The notes: a model not told the origin generated them from the letters alone. A stretch of 60,345 nt of DNA from Patescibacteria group bacterium (GCA_025060575.1 JANXBL010000001.1:1-60345), one strand, 5' to 3'. Numbered from the stretch's first letter, positions 21,139 to 30,418 are shown. Numbers and translations are program-made.

Positions 21139-22231
21139 CTTTGAAACTATAAATCATTCCCAAACTAAAATAGATAGCTAATTGACCTGAAGCTCCCTGG
21201 CTAAAAAATGGCATCACCACTCCTGTTGGTGCCAAAAAACCAATGTTAGAACCAATATGAAGAAAAGCTTGGAAAAATAACCAGGAAGCAACCCCAAGGC
21301 AAAAAGCCATCTTCTCTATTTTATTAGTTTTTATACCTAAAAATATAATTCTAACGATCATTAATGAAAAAAGAAAAATAAGTAAAAGTACGCCCACAAA
21401 TCCCCATTCCTCAGCATAAATAACAAAAATAGAATCAGTTAGCATTTGGGGCAGTCCCATAATTTTTACCTCTGATTTTCCTAAACCTTTCCCCCATAAT
21501 CCTCCGGAACTAACTGCCAAGGTCGACTGTTCCACTTGAAAATATCTTTCCTTAAATACTTGTCCTTTAGTGATAAAAGAAATCAATCTTTCTTTGCGAT
21601 AAGACCAGAAACTGCTTAGAACTAGAATAATTATTAAAAATAATAAAATCATAACTAAACTAACAATAAAATCCCCCTTTGACTTTATAAAACTAAAATA
21701 AACCGCTGATAACGAAATGAAAATTATTAAAACATTACTAAGAGAAGGCTGAAAAAAAATTGGCAACAAGAGAATCGTAGCAAAGGATAAAAATATTAAG
21801 TTTTTTGAAAAAATGGATACCTTTCTTATTTCTGATAAGATAATGATTAATAACAAAAGAGCAAATGGTTTGATAAGTTCCGAAGGTTGAAGGCTAAAAT
21901 CTCCAATCATTATCCAACGTGCCGATTTACTTTCTAGCCTAAAAGGGGGTAAAAAAGCCAAAAGAATTAGAACATAAAAGAGCACGAAAAAAGCTAAAAA
22001 AAACTTCTTACCTTTTGAAAAATTCTTCCCCACCAAAGAACCGATAATAAAAACGAGCCAGCCTAAAATGGTAATTCTGAGAAAAAAATTATCTAAAAAA
22101 TATAGGTAGGGATTAGATAAATTAATCAAGGAATAATAATATGAAGCACTAAAAAAATTTATCAAACCCAAAATAGATATAATAAATATCAAAGCAAAGA
22201 GAATTTGATCGTTTGATTTGGTAAACCACAT
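21131..22231 (-). CDS. ftsW: SEDS family peptidoglycan polymerase FtsW/RodA
   Basis: QPSELIKP, TDSIFVIYAEEWGFVG, about 10 TM segments; position upstream of murG. Confidence 0.8.
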   Translation of the reverse strand: MWFTKSNDQILFALIFIISILGLINFFSASYYYSLINLSNPYLYFLDNFFLRITILGWLVFIIGSLVGKNFSKGKKFFLAFFVLFYVLILLAFLPPFRLESKSARWIMIGDFSLQPSELIKPFALLLLIIILSEIRKVSIFSKNLIFLSFATILLLPIFFQPSLSNVLIIFISLSAVYFSFIKSKGDFIVSLVMILLFLIIILVLSSFWSYRKERLISFITKGQVFKERYFQVEQSTLAVSSGGLWGKGLGKSEVKIMGLPQMLTDSIFVIYAEEWGFVGVLLLIFLFSLMIVRIIFLGIKTNKIEKMAFCLGVASWLFFQAFLHIGSNIGFLAPTGVVMPFFSQGASGQLAIYFSLGMIYSFKDG

Positions 22232-22237
22232 CTAAAT

Positions 22238-22705
22238 TTATCTTTTCTGCCATTGTTCTTCTTTACGAGCTTTTCTCTGTCCGTATTTCTTTCTTTCCAC
22301 CTCACGAGCATCTCGGGTTAAAAAGCCTAACTTTCTAAATTTTTTCTTCCATTCTTCACTAAGGGATGCTAATGCTCTACTTAACCCCAAACGAATAGCA
22401 TCTGCTTGTCCCCTCTTGCCTCCACCTTTGACTTTAACTGTTACCTTATATTCACTCTGGCATTTCACCTTTTTCAATGGTGCTTCAATAACTCTTTTTA
22501 ACTCAAAATTTTCAAAATAATCATTGTAATCTATGTCATTTATTAAAATATTAAACTCCTTTCTTTCATCATTATCCCATAATCTAACTCTTGCCGTAGA
22601 TCTCTTTCTCCTGCCAATGCCTTCGACGTACCTATCCTTACCAATTGTCGGTAAATCAACCAATTTTTCCTCCTCAAGATCAATTTTCTCCTTTTGCTGT
22701 TTCAT
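22238..22705 (-). CDS. rpsI: 30S ribosomal protein S9 (with N-terminal extension)
   Basis: GRRKRSTARVRL, GGGKRGQADAIRLGLSRAL, and a C-terminal ...RKARKEEQWQKR. Confidence 0.93.
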   Translation of the reverse strand: MKQQKEKIDLEEEKLVDLPTIGKDRYVEGIGRRKRSTARVRLWDNDERKEFNILINDIDYNDYFENFELKRVIEAPLKKVKCQSEYKVTVKVKGGGKRGQADAIRLGLSRALASLSEEWKKKFRKLGFLTRDAREVERKKYGQRKARKEEQWQKR

Positions 22706-23048
22706 ATATTTTTATTCTTAAAAGCCTTTTCTTTCTTAATTTATTTTTAGGTAGCATATTCTTAACTATTAGACGAATAGTTTTGAGTTTATCTTTCTGC
22801 CAAAGATCTTTTAACGGAATCTCTCTAAGATGACCAATATAGCCGGTATGCTTTATAAAATAATCTTGATTAAACTTCTTTCCCGTAAATTTAACCCTGT
22901 CTAAATTTCTAAGGGAAACAAAAATTTCTGCATCCTTGTACGGTGCATAGTCTGAACGATGTTTCCCTTGTAAATAATAGCTAATAATAGTTGCCAATCT
23001 ACCTAACGATATATTTTTAGCATCTAAAACGATTTCTTCTTTTTTCAT
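22680..23048 (-). CDS. rplM: 50S ribosomal protein L13
   Basis: LGRLATIISYYLQGKH and the HTGYIGHL block; conserved rplM-rpsI pair. Confidence 0.9.
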   Translation of the reverse strand: MKKEEIVLDAKNISLGRLATIISYYLQGKHRSDYAPYKDAEIFVSLRNLDRVKFTGKKFNQDYFIKHTGYIGHLREIPLKDLWQKDKLKTIRLIVKNMLPKNKLRKKRLLRIKIYETAKGEN

Positions 23049-23075
23049 AGTTCTTTAAATTATAGCATAAATCTT

Positions 23076-24353
23076 TTAAGATTGGGAATGATATTTTTTC
23101 AAAACGTAAATGGTCGCTACAAAAGAGATCATAAAGTTAAGAGCTTGACTTGAAATACTTGTTATGATTGCTCCGACTACTCCCATAGAAGGAATTAGAA
23201 TGAAATTAGCACCAATATTAAAAATTGCTGGAATGAGAGTAATCCAAAAATCTAACCACTGACGGTGATAGCTTATTAGAGTAAAATCAAGCAGAACTGT
23301 CGGAAAAACAAAAATTAATATCCAAGAAAGTAGTTTGATAAGTGGAACTGAAGGTAAAAAATCTTTTCCAAAAATAAAAGGAACTATGTAAGGAGATAAA
23401 AGGTAAATTACAAAAGAAAACACAAAACCACTGACTAAGGAAATCAATAATAGTTTATAGAAAATTTTAAAAATTTTGTCTCTATTATCCTGAGAAACAG
23501 CCTTTTGAGCTAAGTAAGGATAAAGTGAAGTTCCAAAAAGAGACGTTAGAAAAAGTGTCGCATTGATTACTCTGCTTGCTATAGAGTAATGACCAATATC
23601 TTCAAATGATCTAAAGTAGGCCAGAATTATCTTGTCAGTGGCAAAAAATATGTAAGTTAATGTACCAAAGAGAGCTAAAGCAAATCCATTTTTAAAATAA
23701 TAGTGAGTAAGAGAAAAATCAACCGTCAACTTCTCCCTCTTTTCTAAGAGAAATAAAACGTAAGCAACTATTAACCCAAATAAAGTTCCCCCTAAATAAC
23801 CAACTATCACTACCAGAATACTTGGATAAATCAATAAACCATAGGTAATAATAGCAAAAAATACGATGCTGTTAATAGTAAGGAAAACTAATTTTTTTTC
23901 TACTTTTTGAATTGCCAAAAAGTATGCCTCTAGCATATTTTCTATATTCGCCAAAAGATAGAAAATGACAATCAACATGTAGGCTAAGAAATTATCACTT
24001 TTTTTAGCTAACGGATAACCTAAAATTGCCATCAAAGAAAAAAAGATTGAAAGTATCACCTTCAGGGAAAAAGCATTGCTAAAATATTTTTGTTTTTCTT
24101 CTCTCTGCTGATAATCTCTAATGAAAATATAAGAAATTCCCATATCAGCAAAAATGAAGAAAAATCCAACAAATGAATAAAGATACTCAAAAAGTCCTAA
24201 TTTCTCAGGTCCAAGCATGCGACTAATTAAGATAAAAACTAATATTCTTAGTCCCTTTGATATTCCCTCAGAAAGATACAACCAAAAGGCATTTTTTATC
24301 ACTGTTTGCTTAGGATTAATATTTTTAAAAAGAAAGTTCTTTATCTTTTCCAT
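23076..24353 (-). CDS. MOP/Wzx-type oligosaccharide flippase family membrane protein
   Basis: 425 aa with about 12 hydrophobic helices; N-terminus typical of polysaccharide biosynthesis flippases. No catalytic motif. Confidence 0.55.
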   Translation of the reverse strand: MEKIKNFLFKNINPKQTVIKNAFWLYLSEGISKGLRILVFILISRMLGPEKLGLFEYLYSFVGFFFIFADMGISYIFIRDYQQREEKQKYFSNAFSLKVILSIFFSLMAILGYPLAKKSDNFLAYMLIVIFYLLANIENMLEAYFLAIQKVEKKLVFLTINSIVFFAIITYGLLIYPSILVVIVGYLGGTLFGLIVAYVLFLLEKREKLTVDFSLTHYYFKNGFALALFGTLTYIFFATDKIILAYFRSFEDIGHYSIASRVINATLFLTSLFGTSLYPYLAQKAVSQDNRDKIFKIFYKLLLISLVSGFVFSFVIYLLSPYIVPFIFGKDFLPSVPLIKLLSWILIFVFPTVLLDFTLISYHRQWLDFWITLIPAIFNIGANFILIPSMGVVGAIITSISSQALNFMISFVATIYVLKKYHSQS

Positions 24354-25294
24354 TTAATTGTTCTGATATGAAGATTTTTATATCTTTTATAATCTTCCTT
24401 TCTTAAAAGACCTATCTGGGCTCCAAGTTTTTCAATATTAGCAGAAGAATTAGCACTTCCCCAAATAATCGATTTCTTAATGACATCTTCGCTAATATCT
24501 TTAGCAATAACTAAGTTAGCAAAAAAAGCACTGGCAAAGGCATCACCTGCTCCAGTCGTATCAACTAATTGACGAGGCTTAAAAACATCAGCAATAAAAA
24601 TCTTATCTTCATAAAAAGTTATTGACCCATTTTCTCCTAATGTCAAAACAAAAATTTTGGGATTGATTTTCTTTACCAACTCCTTTCCCAACTCTAAATT
24701 TTTATCTCCTCTTCCCAAAAAAGATATTAGTTCATCTCTATTTAGAAAAATTATGTCTGCTAAAGATAGACTCTTGTTTGATTCTCGTTGAGAAAGAAAT
24801 TTTTTACTTGGATTGACAGAAATTAATCTTGCTTTTCTTCTAATTTTACTCAGAAACCTCAAAAGAATATCAGGGCTAGTGTTAGCAGTAGTCAAATAAT
24901 AGTAAAAATCTCCTTTTTCAACCTTCTCTAAATCTGAAGTGCTAAAATGGTCGCTCAATCCTCGATAGACAAAAACCGTTCTTTCAGAGAATCTGCTTTT
25001 TGCGCTAAGAACAACAACTGAAAATTGACTATCTCCTGAATGGAAAAAAATTTTTGTTTTTAATTTTTCTTTCTTAACTTCGGAAATAATAACCTTACCA
25101 ACTAAATCTCTACCCAGACGAAAATAAGCAGTATAATTAATTCCTAAATTACGAAAAGTAGTAGCAGCATTTAGAGCTCCTCCTCCTAATGAAAAGTAGC
25201 TATGCTTGATATCTATTTTTTTTCCTTCTATGATTTGTTCTTCTGTTTGAAAAATAATATCCAATGTTCCGCTGCCAATAGTTATGATTTTCAT
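24341..25294 (-). CDS. PfkB-family carbohydrate/nucleoside kinase
   Basis: LGGGALNAA N-terminal motif and DTTGAGDAF ATP-binding signature. Confidence 0.8.
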   Translation of the reverse strand: MKIITIGSGTLDIIFQTEEQIIEGKKIDIKHSYFSLGGGALNAATTFRNLGINYTAYFRLGRDLVGKVIISEVKKEKLKTKIFFHSGDSQFSVVVLSAKSRFSERTVFVYRGLSDHFSTSDLEKVEKGDFYYYLTTANTSPDILLRFLSKIRRKARLISVNPSKKFLSQRESNKSLSLADIIFLNRDELISFLGRGDKNLELGKELVKKINPKIFVLTLGENGSITFYEDKIFIADVFKPRQLVDTTGAGDAFASAFFANLVIAKDISEDVIKKSIIWGSANSSANIEKLGAQIGLLRKEDYKRYKNLHIRTIKWKR

Positions 25295-25300
25295 AGCTAA

Positions 25301-25374
25301 AGATTGCCCCCACCAAGGAGGTGGGGGCAGGACACAATGGAGCCATCAAGTACTCCAATGAGTCCCAGCAATCT
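25301..25374 (-). ncRNA. G+C-rich three-helix structured RNA element 6 nt upstream of the PfkB kinase start codon
   Basis: Closing stem AGATTGC/GCAATCT (25301-07 with 25368-74). 9-bp GC helix GCCCCCACC/GGTGGGGGC (25306-14 with 25320-28). Interrupted helix GGAC.CAATGGAG/CTCCAATG.GTCC (25330-42 with 25353-65). Confidence 0.4.
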
Positions 25375-25410
25375 AATTATAAATCAAAAAAGATTAAGTT
25401 TTTGTACTTA

Positions 25411-25812
25411 TTAAATATCAATAATAAAATCGAATGCTAAATATCCTTTGGAGCGAAATAATTTTGTCTGATGATAGGTAACCGCCTTAATATCTCGACT
25501 AAACCCCGTTACTTTCTTACCAATTAGCAATCCTTCAATCAAATTAGATGATATGTTTTCGCTTTTAAAATTTAAGAAAATTACCTTTTTAGTTGAGGTA
25601 AGAAAAATAACTTGACTGATGAAATCAACAAGGAGAGTAACTTGATCATACCCAATTATCTTTATCTTTTTGCTCAAACATTTATCCGTTAGCGATGGCC
25701 CCCAATAGTCTGCTAAAGCTAGAAGAATGTTATTAATTAGTTCTGGCAAACTTGCTCCATAAGCTCTAATTTTTATATCAGCTGTGTGAGAAATAAAACG
25801 ATACTTTCTCAT
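25411..25812 (-). CDS. archease (RtcB-ligase activator family)
   Basis: N-terminal F-x-HTADIKIRAYG motif and C-terminal KAVTYH motif; 133 aa. Confidence 0.7.
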   Translation of the reverse strand: MRKYRFISHTADIKIRAYGASLPELINNILLALADYWGPSLTDKCLSKKIKIIGYDQVTLLVDFISQVIFLTSTKKVIFLNFKSENISSNLIEGLLIGKKVTGFSRDIKAVTYHQTKLFRSKGYLAFDFIIDI

Positions 25813-27062
25813 TTAGGTAAAATTTTATCAAAAGGAAGATATGCTTTTAGAACCGGAGGAATTTCAATGTAATTTTCTCTCTGATAGTTTTCTAGAATAG
25901 CAATTAAAATCCTCCCGATTGCTAAGGCAGTAGCATTGAGAAGATGAGGATATTCTATTTTTCCATTTTTTCTTCTTATTCTTAAATTTATCCCTCTCGC
26001 CTGAAAATCAGTAGTATTAGAGCAGGAATGAGTTTCTCGATATCTCTCTTGTCCTGGTAACCATACTTCAATATCATATTGCTTGTAATCGGTAAAACCA
26101 ATATCACCACTGCAAACAAAAACCACTCGATATGGCAAATCTAATGCTTGAACAATTCTTTCTTCTAACGATAGTAAAAATTGATGCTCTGCCTCAGAGT
26201 TTTCGGGTAAAACAAAGCTAAACATCTCTACCTTATCAAATTGATGAACTCTCAAAATACCACGAACATCCTTGCCGTAACTACCAGCTTCCCTCCTAAA
26301 GCACGTTGAAAATCCTAAAAATCTTATAGGTAAATTAGTCTCTTTTAGTATCTCGTCGGCGAAATAAGGGCCTAGGGTATGTTCTGCGCTTCCGACTAAA
26401 TAAAGATTGTCCTTTTCTAAAAAATATCTCTCTTCTCGATCAGACAAAGATAATCTGCCCATACCACGATAATACCTTTCCTTAATAAATACTGGCGGTA
26501 AAACAGGAACAAATTTTTCCTTCAACAAAATGTCAAAAACGAATCTTACCAGAGCCAATTCTAAAAGTACAGCTTCATTTTTAAGATAATAAAATCGACT
26601 GCCACTTACCTTAGCAGCTCTTTCAATGTCAATCAAATCGTAAATCTGACCGAGCTCGACATGATCTTTGGGACGAAAATTAAAAAAAGGCCGCTCGCCA
26701 ATCTCTCTAATAACGACATTTTCCTCTTCACTTTTTCCTCTAGGCACTTCTTCACTAATAAGATTAGGCAATAAATCTATCTTTTCCTCAATAGATTGTT
26801 GCAATTTTCTTATGTTCTCTTCAATATCTCTTAAGACTTTTTTATTATTTCGTAATTCCTTAATCTTTTGTTCATCAGGTTTATGTTCAGAAAATTTATT
26901 AATACTATATCTAATCTCATCTTTTTTCTTAATCAAAGAGTTCATTTCTCTCTTCAAGTTAATTAATTCATCAACTACCGGTAAAAGCTCCAATCGATTG
27001 CGCCATATTAAATTCTGCCGATATTTTTCAGGATTTCTAAATAAGTCTTTAAGATCAATCAT
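25809..27062 (-). CDS. serS: seryl-tRNA synthetase
   Basis: N-terminal coiled coil; class II motifs FRREAGSYGKDVRGILRVHQFDKVE and GRILIAILENYQ. Confidence 0.95.
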   Translation of the reverse strand: MIDLKDLFRNPEKYRQNLIWRNRLELLPVVDELINLKREMNSLIKKKDEIRYSINKFSEHKPDEQKIKELRNNKKVLRDIEENIRKLQQSIEEKIDLLPNLISEEVPRGKSEEENVVIREIGERPFFNFRPKDHVELGQIYDLIDIERAAKVSGSRFYYLKNEAVLLELALVRFVFDILLKEKFVPVLPPVFIKERYYRGMGRLSLSDREERYFLEKDNLYLVGSAEHTLGPYFADEILKETNLPIRFLGFSTCFRREAGSYGKDVRGILRVHQFDKVEMFSFVLPENSEAEHQFLLSLEERIVQALDLPYRVVFVCSGDIGFTDYKQYDIEVWLPGQERYRETHSCSNTTDFQARGINLRIRRKNGKIEYPHLLNATALAIGRILIAILENYQRENYIEIPPVLKAYLPFDKILPK

Positions 27063-27081
27063 TTATAATTATTTCTAATCG

Positions 27082-27750
27082 ATGAGAAAAAGAAAAAAAA
27101 TAATTAATCTAAAGATAATTTTAACATTTCTTATTACATTTACTATCATAACATATGCTCTATTTTCAAAATTTGAAAAAGTAGTAATCCAACCGATAAC
27201 CTATGAATCCTACTTAAAAAATTACTTCATCCGTAAATCTCTTTGGCAGATATATTTTAGTATCAACGAGATTATGAGAGTATTTCCAGAAATAAAGGAA
27301 ATCGAACTTAATAAAAACATTTTTAATAAAACTTTGGTGGTTAGATTAACAATCTCTCAAAATATTGCTATCATTTGCGATCAGCATAAATGTCTTTACC
27401 TTGATAACAGCGGTCAGATAATTAAACCAACAATCATAGATAAAAAAAAGCTAGTCAGAATTAGTTCATCGCTTAACATTGAGGAAAGTTCTCTTCTACA
27501 TCCTCAATTAAGAGAATTTCTAATCTATCTCTTTGAGTATGCTAACTTCAGCTCACTGATATTAAGAGAAATCAAAATATATCCTAATTTTGATTTAGGA
27601 GTAATAGACTTACAGAATCGTGAGTTTCTTTTTGATCCCAGTAAAAATCTTGAAGAACAATTCAAAAAATTCCATCTAATCCTAGAAAATGAAAAAATTA
27701 TTGGGTCTCGTTTTGATCTCCGAATCAGTAAGAAAATTTATTACCGATAA
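27082..27750 (+). CDS. FtsQ/DivIB-like cell division protein (POTRA-type), tentative
   Basis: Basic N-terminus plus a single TM, then a POTRA-like EIELNKNIFNKTLVVRLT... and a C-terminal RFDLRISKKIYY resembling the FtsQ end. Confidence 0.45.
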   Translation: MRKRKKIINLKIILTFLITFTIITYALFSKFEKVVIQPITYESYLKNYFIRKSLWQIYFSINEIMRVFPEIKEIELNKNIFNKTLVVRLTISQNIAIICDQHKCLYLDNSGQIIKPTIIDKKKLVRISSSLNIEESSLLHPQLREFLIYLFEYANFSSLILREIKIYPNFDLGVIDLQNREFLFDPSKNLEEQFKKFHLILENEKIIGSRFDLRISKKIYYR

Positions 27751-27755
27751 TATAT

Positions 27756-27923
27756 TTAAGAATTTCTCGGAGGTAAACACTCACGATGATAGATTGGTCT
27801 ATCTTTGGAGGGTAAAAACGGCAACTCTTTTATTTCACCACCGCATTTAGCACAAATCCATTTTTCACCATTCGCTGGATGGAACATTCTTCTCATTCCT
27901 CCTCTCTGTCGTTGATAAGCCAT
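27756..27923 (-). CDS. 55-aa zinc-ribbon protein resembling the CxxC-x17-CxxC family
   Basis: Below the ORF-track size cut-off. My translation: MAYQRQRGGMRRMFHPANGEKWICAKCGGEIKELPFLPSKDRPIYHRECLPPRNS*. It has CxxC ... ELPFLPxxxRPIY ... HxxC. Confidence 0.6.
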   Translation of the reverse strand: MAYQRQRGGMRRMFHPANGEKWICAKCGGEIKELPFLPSKDRPIYHRECLPPRNS

Positions 27924-27925
27924 TG

Positions 27926-28038
27926 GACGTTTATCCTAAGGAAAATTTAATTAACGACTTTACAATTTTACTGGTTTTCCTTAGGACAACGTCCTTCGGA
28001 TAGCTCTAACAACCAGTAAAATTTTTAACCATCCTAAG
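27926..28038 (-). promoter_or_regulatory. structured leader with SD, anti-SD and SD-mimic
   Basis: RNA GGACGUUGUCCUAAGGAAAA (27993-27974) can pair with UUUUCCUUAGGAUAAACGUCC (27946-27926), which contains the SD. An upstream CUUAGGAU copy lies at 28038-28031. A crossing 13-bp helix joins 28023-28011 with 27976-27964. Confidence 0.45.
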
Positions 28039-28060
28039 TATAACATTTTTAATCTCAAAA

Positions 28061-28822
28061 TCAAATTAATCTCTCCCTTAACCAATTCAAAATTTGTTCG
28101 CCCAGTTCAGGATGACTATTGAGAATATCTGTTCCATGTTTACTACTTTGAAAAATAAAATACTTCATTGTTGGATACCACTCTCTTAATGAATTGATTG
28201 CAGCCACTGCCGAAGAATTTTCATCGCTTAAAGTCGCTATCAGGAGGATTTTCTGTCCAAATTCATCATTTTTAACTCTTGCCAAGGTTATACCATGATA
28301 ATTGAGTCCAGGTGATAACAAAACAGCTGCTTTAATTTTTGGGTTTTCGCTTAAAAATTGATAAGCAAGATTAGCTCCAATACTTGCCCCAATTAAGAAT
28401 TGTCTACTCTTCTCAAATCCTTCTTTCTCTAGAAAAAGACTCGCGGCTTCAAGATCGTTAATTGAGTTCTTTTCCTCTTCGAAACTGAATTGAAGATAAT
28501 TAAGTTTCCCCATAATTGAATTAACGCTTTCTCCATGGCCTCTCAAATCAATCGATAAAACAGTAAATCCCTCTTTCTGAAAAAAAGTGGCTAATTGTCG
28601 ATAACTCTCCCTGGTCGCTGGTCTCATATGAATAAATATTCCCGCATACTTGGCATCTTTATTGGGATAATAATCAGCGACAATAGTTACTCCATCTTTG
28701 GTAATAAATTCAACCTTCTGAAAAGTTTCCATCTTTGAGCTTTTGAAAGTTAATTTGACCATTAACATTATTGCTAAAATAATCACTGTGGCTAAAATTA
28801 TTATGAAAAAAATCCTTTTCAT
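28061..28822 (-). CDS. membrane-anchored alpha/beta hydrolase
   Basis: N-terminal TM, HGES oxyanion region, nucleophile elbow GASIGA, C-terminal His (SSKHGTD). Confidence 0.6.
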   Translation of the reverse strand: MKRIFFIIILATVIILAIMLMVKLTFKSSKMETFQKVEFITKDGVTIVADYYPNKDAKYAGIFIHMRPATRESYRQLATFFQKEGFTVLSIDLRGHGESVNSIMGKLNYLQFSFEEEKNSINDLEAASLFLEKEGFEKSRQFLIGASIGANLAYQFLSENPKIKAAVLLSPGLNYHGITLARVKNDEFGQKILLIATLSDENSSAVAAINSLREWYPTMKYFIFQSSKHGTDILNSHPELGEQILNWLRERLI

Positions 28823-28823
28823 C

Positions 28824-30326
28824 CTAAAAAGATTTACTGATTAAATACTCTACCGGAGCAAAATCGTCAGTCAAGATAATTGCTGAACTAAGATCAATCT
28901 TTTTCCAGTCAATTAAATTATCGCTAAAATCTAATTCACTACCCTTAACTCGAGAAAAATCAATCATCTTGTTTTCATCTTTTATGCCGATTAAAATAAA
29001 ATTTCTTAATTTTCGATAAGCAGGTGGACTAGCAACAAAAAAATAAGTATTGGGAAAAACAGAAATAAAAGTTTTTAATTCAGAAGTGACAAAATTGTTA
29101 TCTTTTTTCTCTAGTTTGCCAATAACATTGGCCCAAAAAAAACCATTTTCTGAAAGTTTCTCCTTCGCTAACAGGAAAAAATCTCTGGTAGTCAGATGAT
29201 GAGGGATAGAATAAAAAGAGGAATAAGCATCAGCAAAAATAATATCATATTTTTCCTTGGTCTTTTTAAGAAAATTTCTCGCATCATCTGTGTGATTAAA
29301 TAATCTCGGATTATCATCCAAGCAAAAATATTTCTTGGCTAAGTTATAAAGACGATGCTCGATCTCCGCTACGTCGATCCTTTCGATTTGTCTATTTTCT
29401 CGAAGCAGTTGACAAGGTAAGGTGTAAGCACCTCCTCCCAAGAAGAGAATTTTCTTGGCATCAGGATTAATTAACCGATAGAGCGAATAATACTTAGCGT
29501 AATCAAAGACTAATTCATTGTTATCAAGAAAAATTCCACTTTGATACGATCGATCATGTTTTAATAATCTAGCCAAACGACCATTTAATTGAATTTCTTC
29601 AATCGTTATTCTGCTATACACTCCATCCTTTTGGAAAATAACTGGCGGTTGATATTTAAAAATAAATTTAGACATTAATCCCAAAAAGATAAGTGCCATA
29701 AGAAGAAAGACGATTAAAGAATAGTTTTTGTTATGTTTTTGAGTCAATAAAACACCTGTTAAACCTATTATTATTAAAACAGAACTTGCCATCTTGATAA
29801 TCATTGATAAACCAAAATTAGGAATCAGATAAAAACCGGCTATAAAACTACCGAGGATACTTCCTATAGTCGACCAAAAGAAAATTTTGCCCGATACTCT
29901 ACCGATTTCACCAATTTCTTCTGTCTTTAACTTAATAGCTAAAGGAGAGATAGCTCCTAAAAATAAACTTGGTAAAAAAAAGATAAAAATGCTTGAAACA
30001 ACAGGTCCTACCTTAATATCAAATGCACTCTCTAAAAATATTAAAAGTGGTTCAGAAATGATAAAAATTAGAAAAAGAAAAATACCACCGGCAAGAATCA
30101 AAAAATAAAAAAGAGCCCAATCCGGCCTTCGATCAGCAAGATATCCTCCCAAATAGTATCCTAAACTCAGACCACCTAAAATTACCCCCAAGATACTAGA
30201 AACAGTATAGATAGTATTACCAAAGTATATGGCTAATAGCCTTACAGCTACAATCTCAATTATCAGAATTATTGCCCCAACAATAAAAACAATTCCATAA
30301 GTTAGATACTGACGAACCAAACTCAT
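28824..30326 (-). CDS. fused polytopic membrane domain / spermidine synthase-like methyltransferase-fold protein
   Basis: About 7 N-terminal TM helices, then ILFLGGGAYTLP and DIIFADAYSS motifs of the spermidine-synthase fold. Confidence 0.6.
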   Translation of the reverse strand: MSLVRQYLTYGIVFIVGAIILIIEIVAVRLLAIYFGNTIYTVSSILGVILGGLSLGYYLGGYLADRRPDWALFYFLILAGGIFLFLIFIISEPLLIFLESAFDIKVGPVVSSIFIFFLPSLFLGAISPLAIKLKTEEIGEIGRVSGKIFFWSTIGSILGSFIAGFYLIPNFGLSMIIKMASSVLIIIGLTGVLLTQKHNKNYSLIVFLLMALIFLGLMSKFIFKYQPPVIFQKDGVYSRITIEEIQLNGRLARLLKHDRSYQSGIFLDNNELVFDYAKYYSLYRLINPDAKKILFLGGGAYTLPCQLLRENRQIERIDVAEIEHRLYNLAKKYFCLDDNPRLFNHTDDARNFLKKTKEKYDIIFADAYSSFYSIPHHLTTRDFFLLAKEKLSENGFFWANVIGKLEKKDNNFVTSELKTFISVFPNTYFFVASPPAYRKLRNFILIGIKDENKMIDFSRVKGSELDFSDNLIDWKKIDLSSAIILTDDFAPVEYLISKSF

Positions 30327-30333
30327 TCAAATG

Positions 30334-30418
30334 TGCCCAGGGTGGGAGTCGAACCCACAAGGCCCGAAGGGCCATAGGATTTTGAGTCCTACGCGTCTGC
30401 CAATTCCGCCACCTGGGC
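30334..30418 (-). tRNA. tRNA-Leu (anticodon CAA), class II with long variable arm
   Basis: Acceptor GCCCAGG/CCTGGGC, anticodon stem-loop TAGGA-CTCAAAA-TCCTA, variable stem GGCCC-TTCG-GGGCC, T-arm GTGGG-TTCGACT-CCCAC. Confidence 0.9.
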
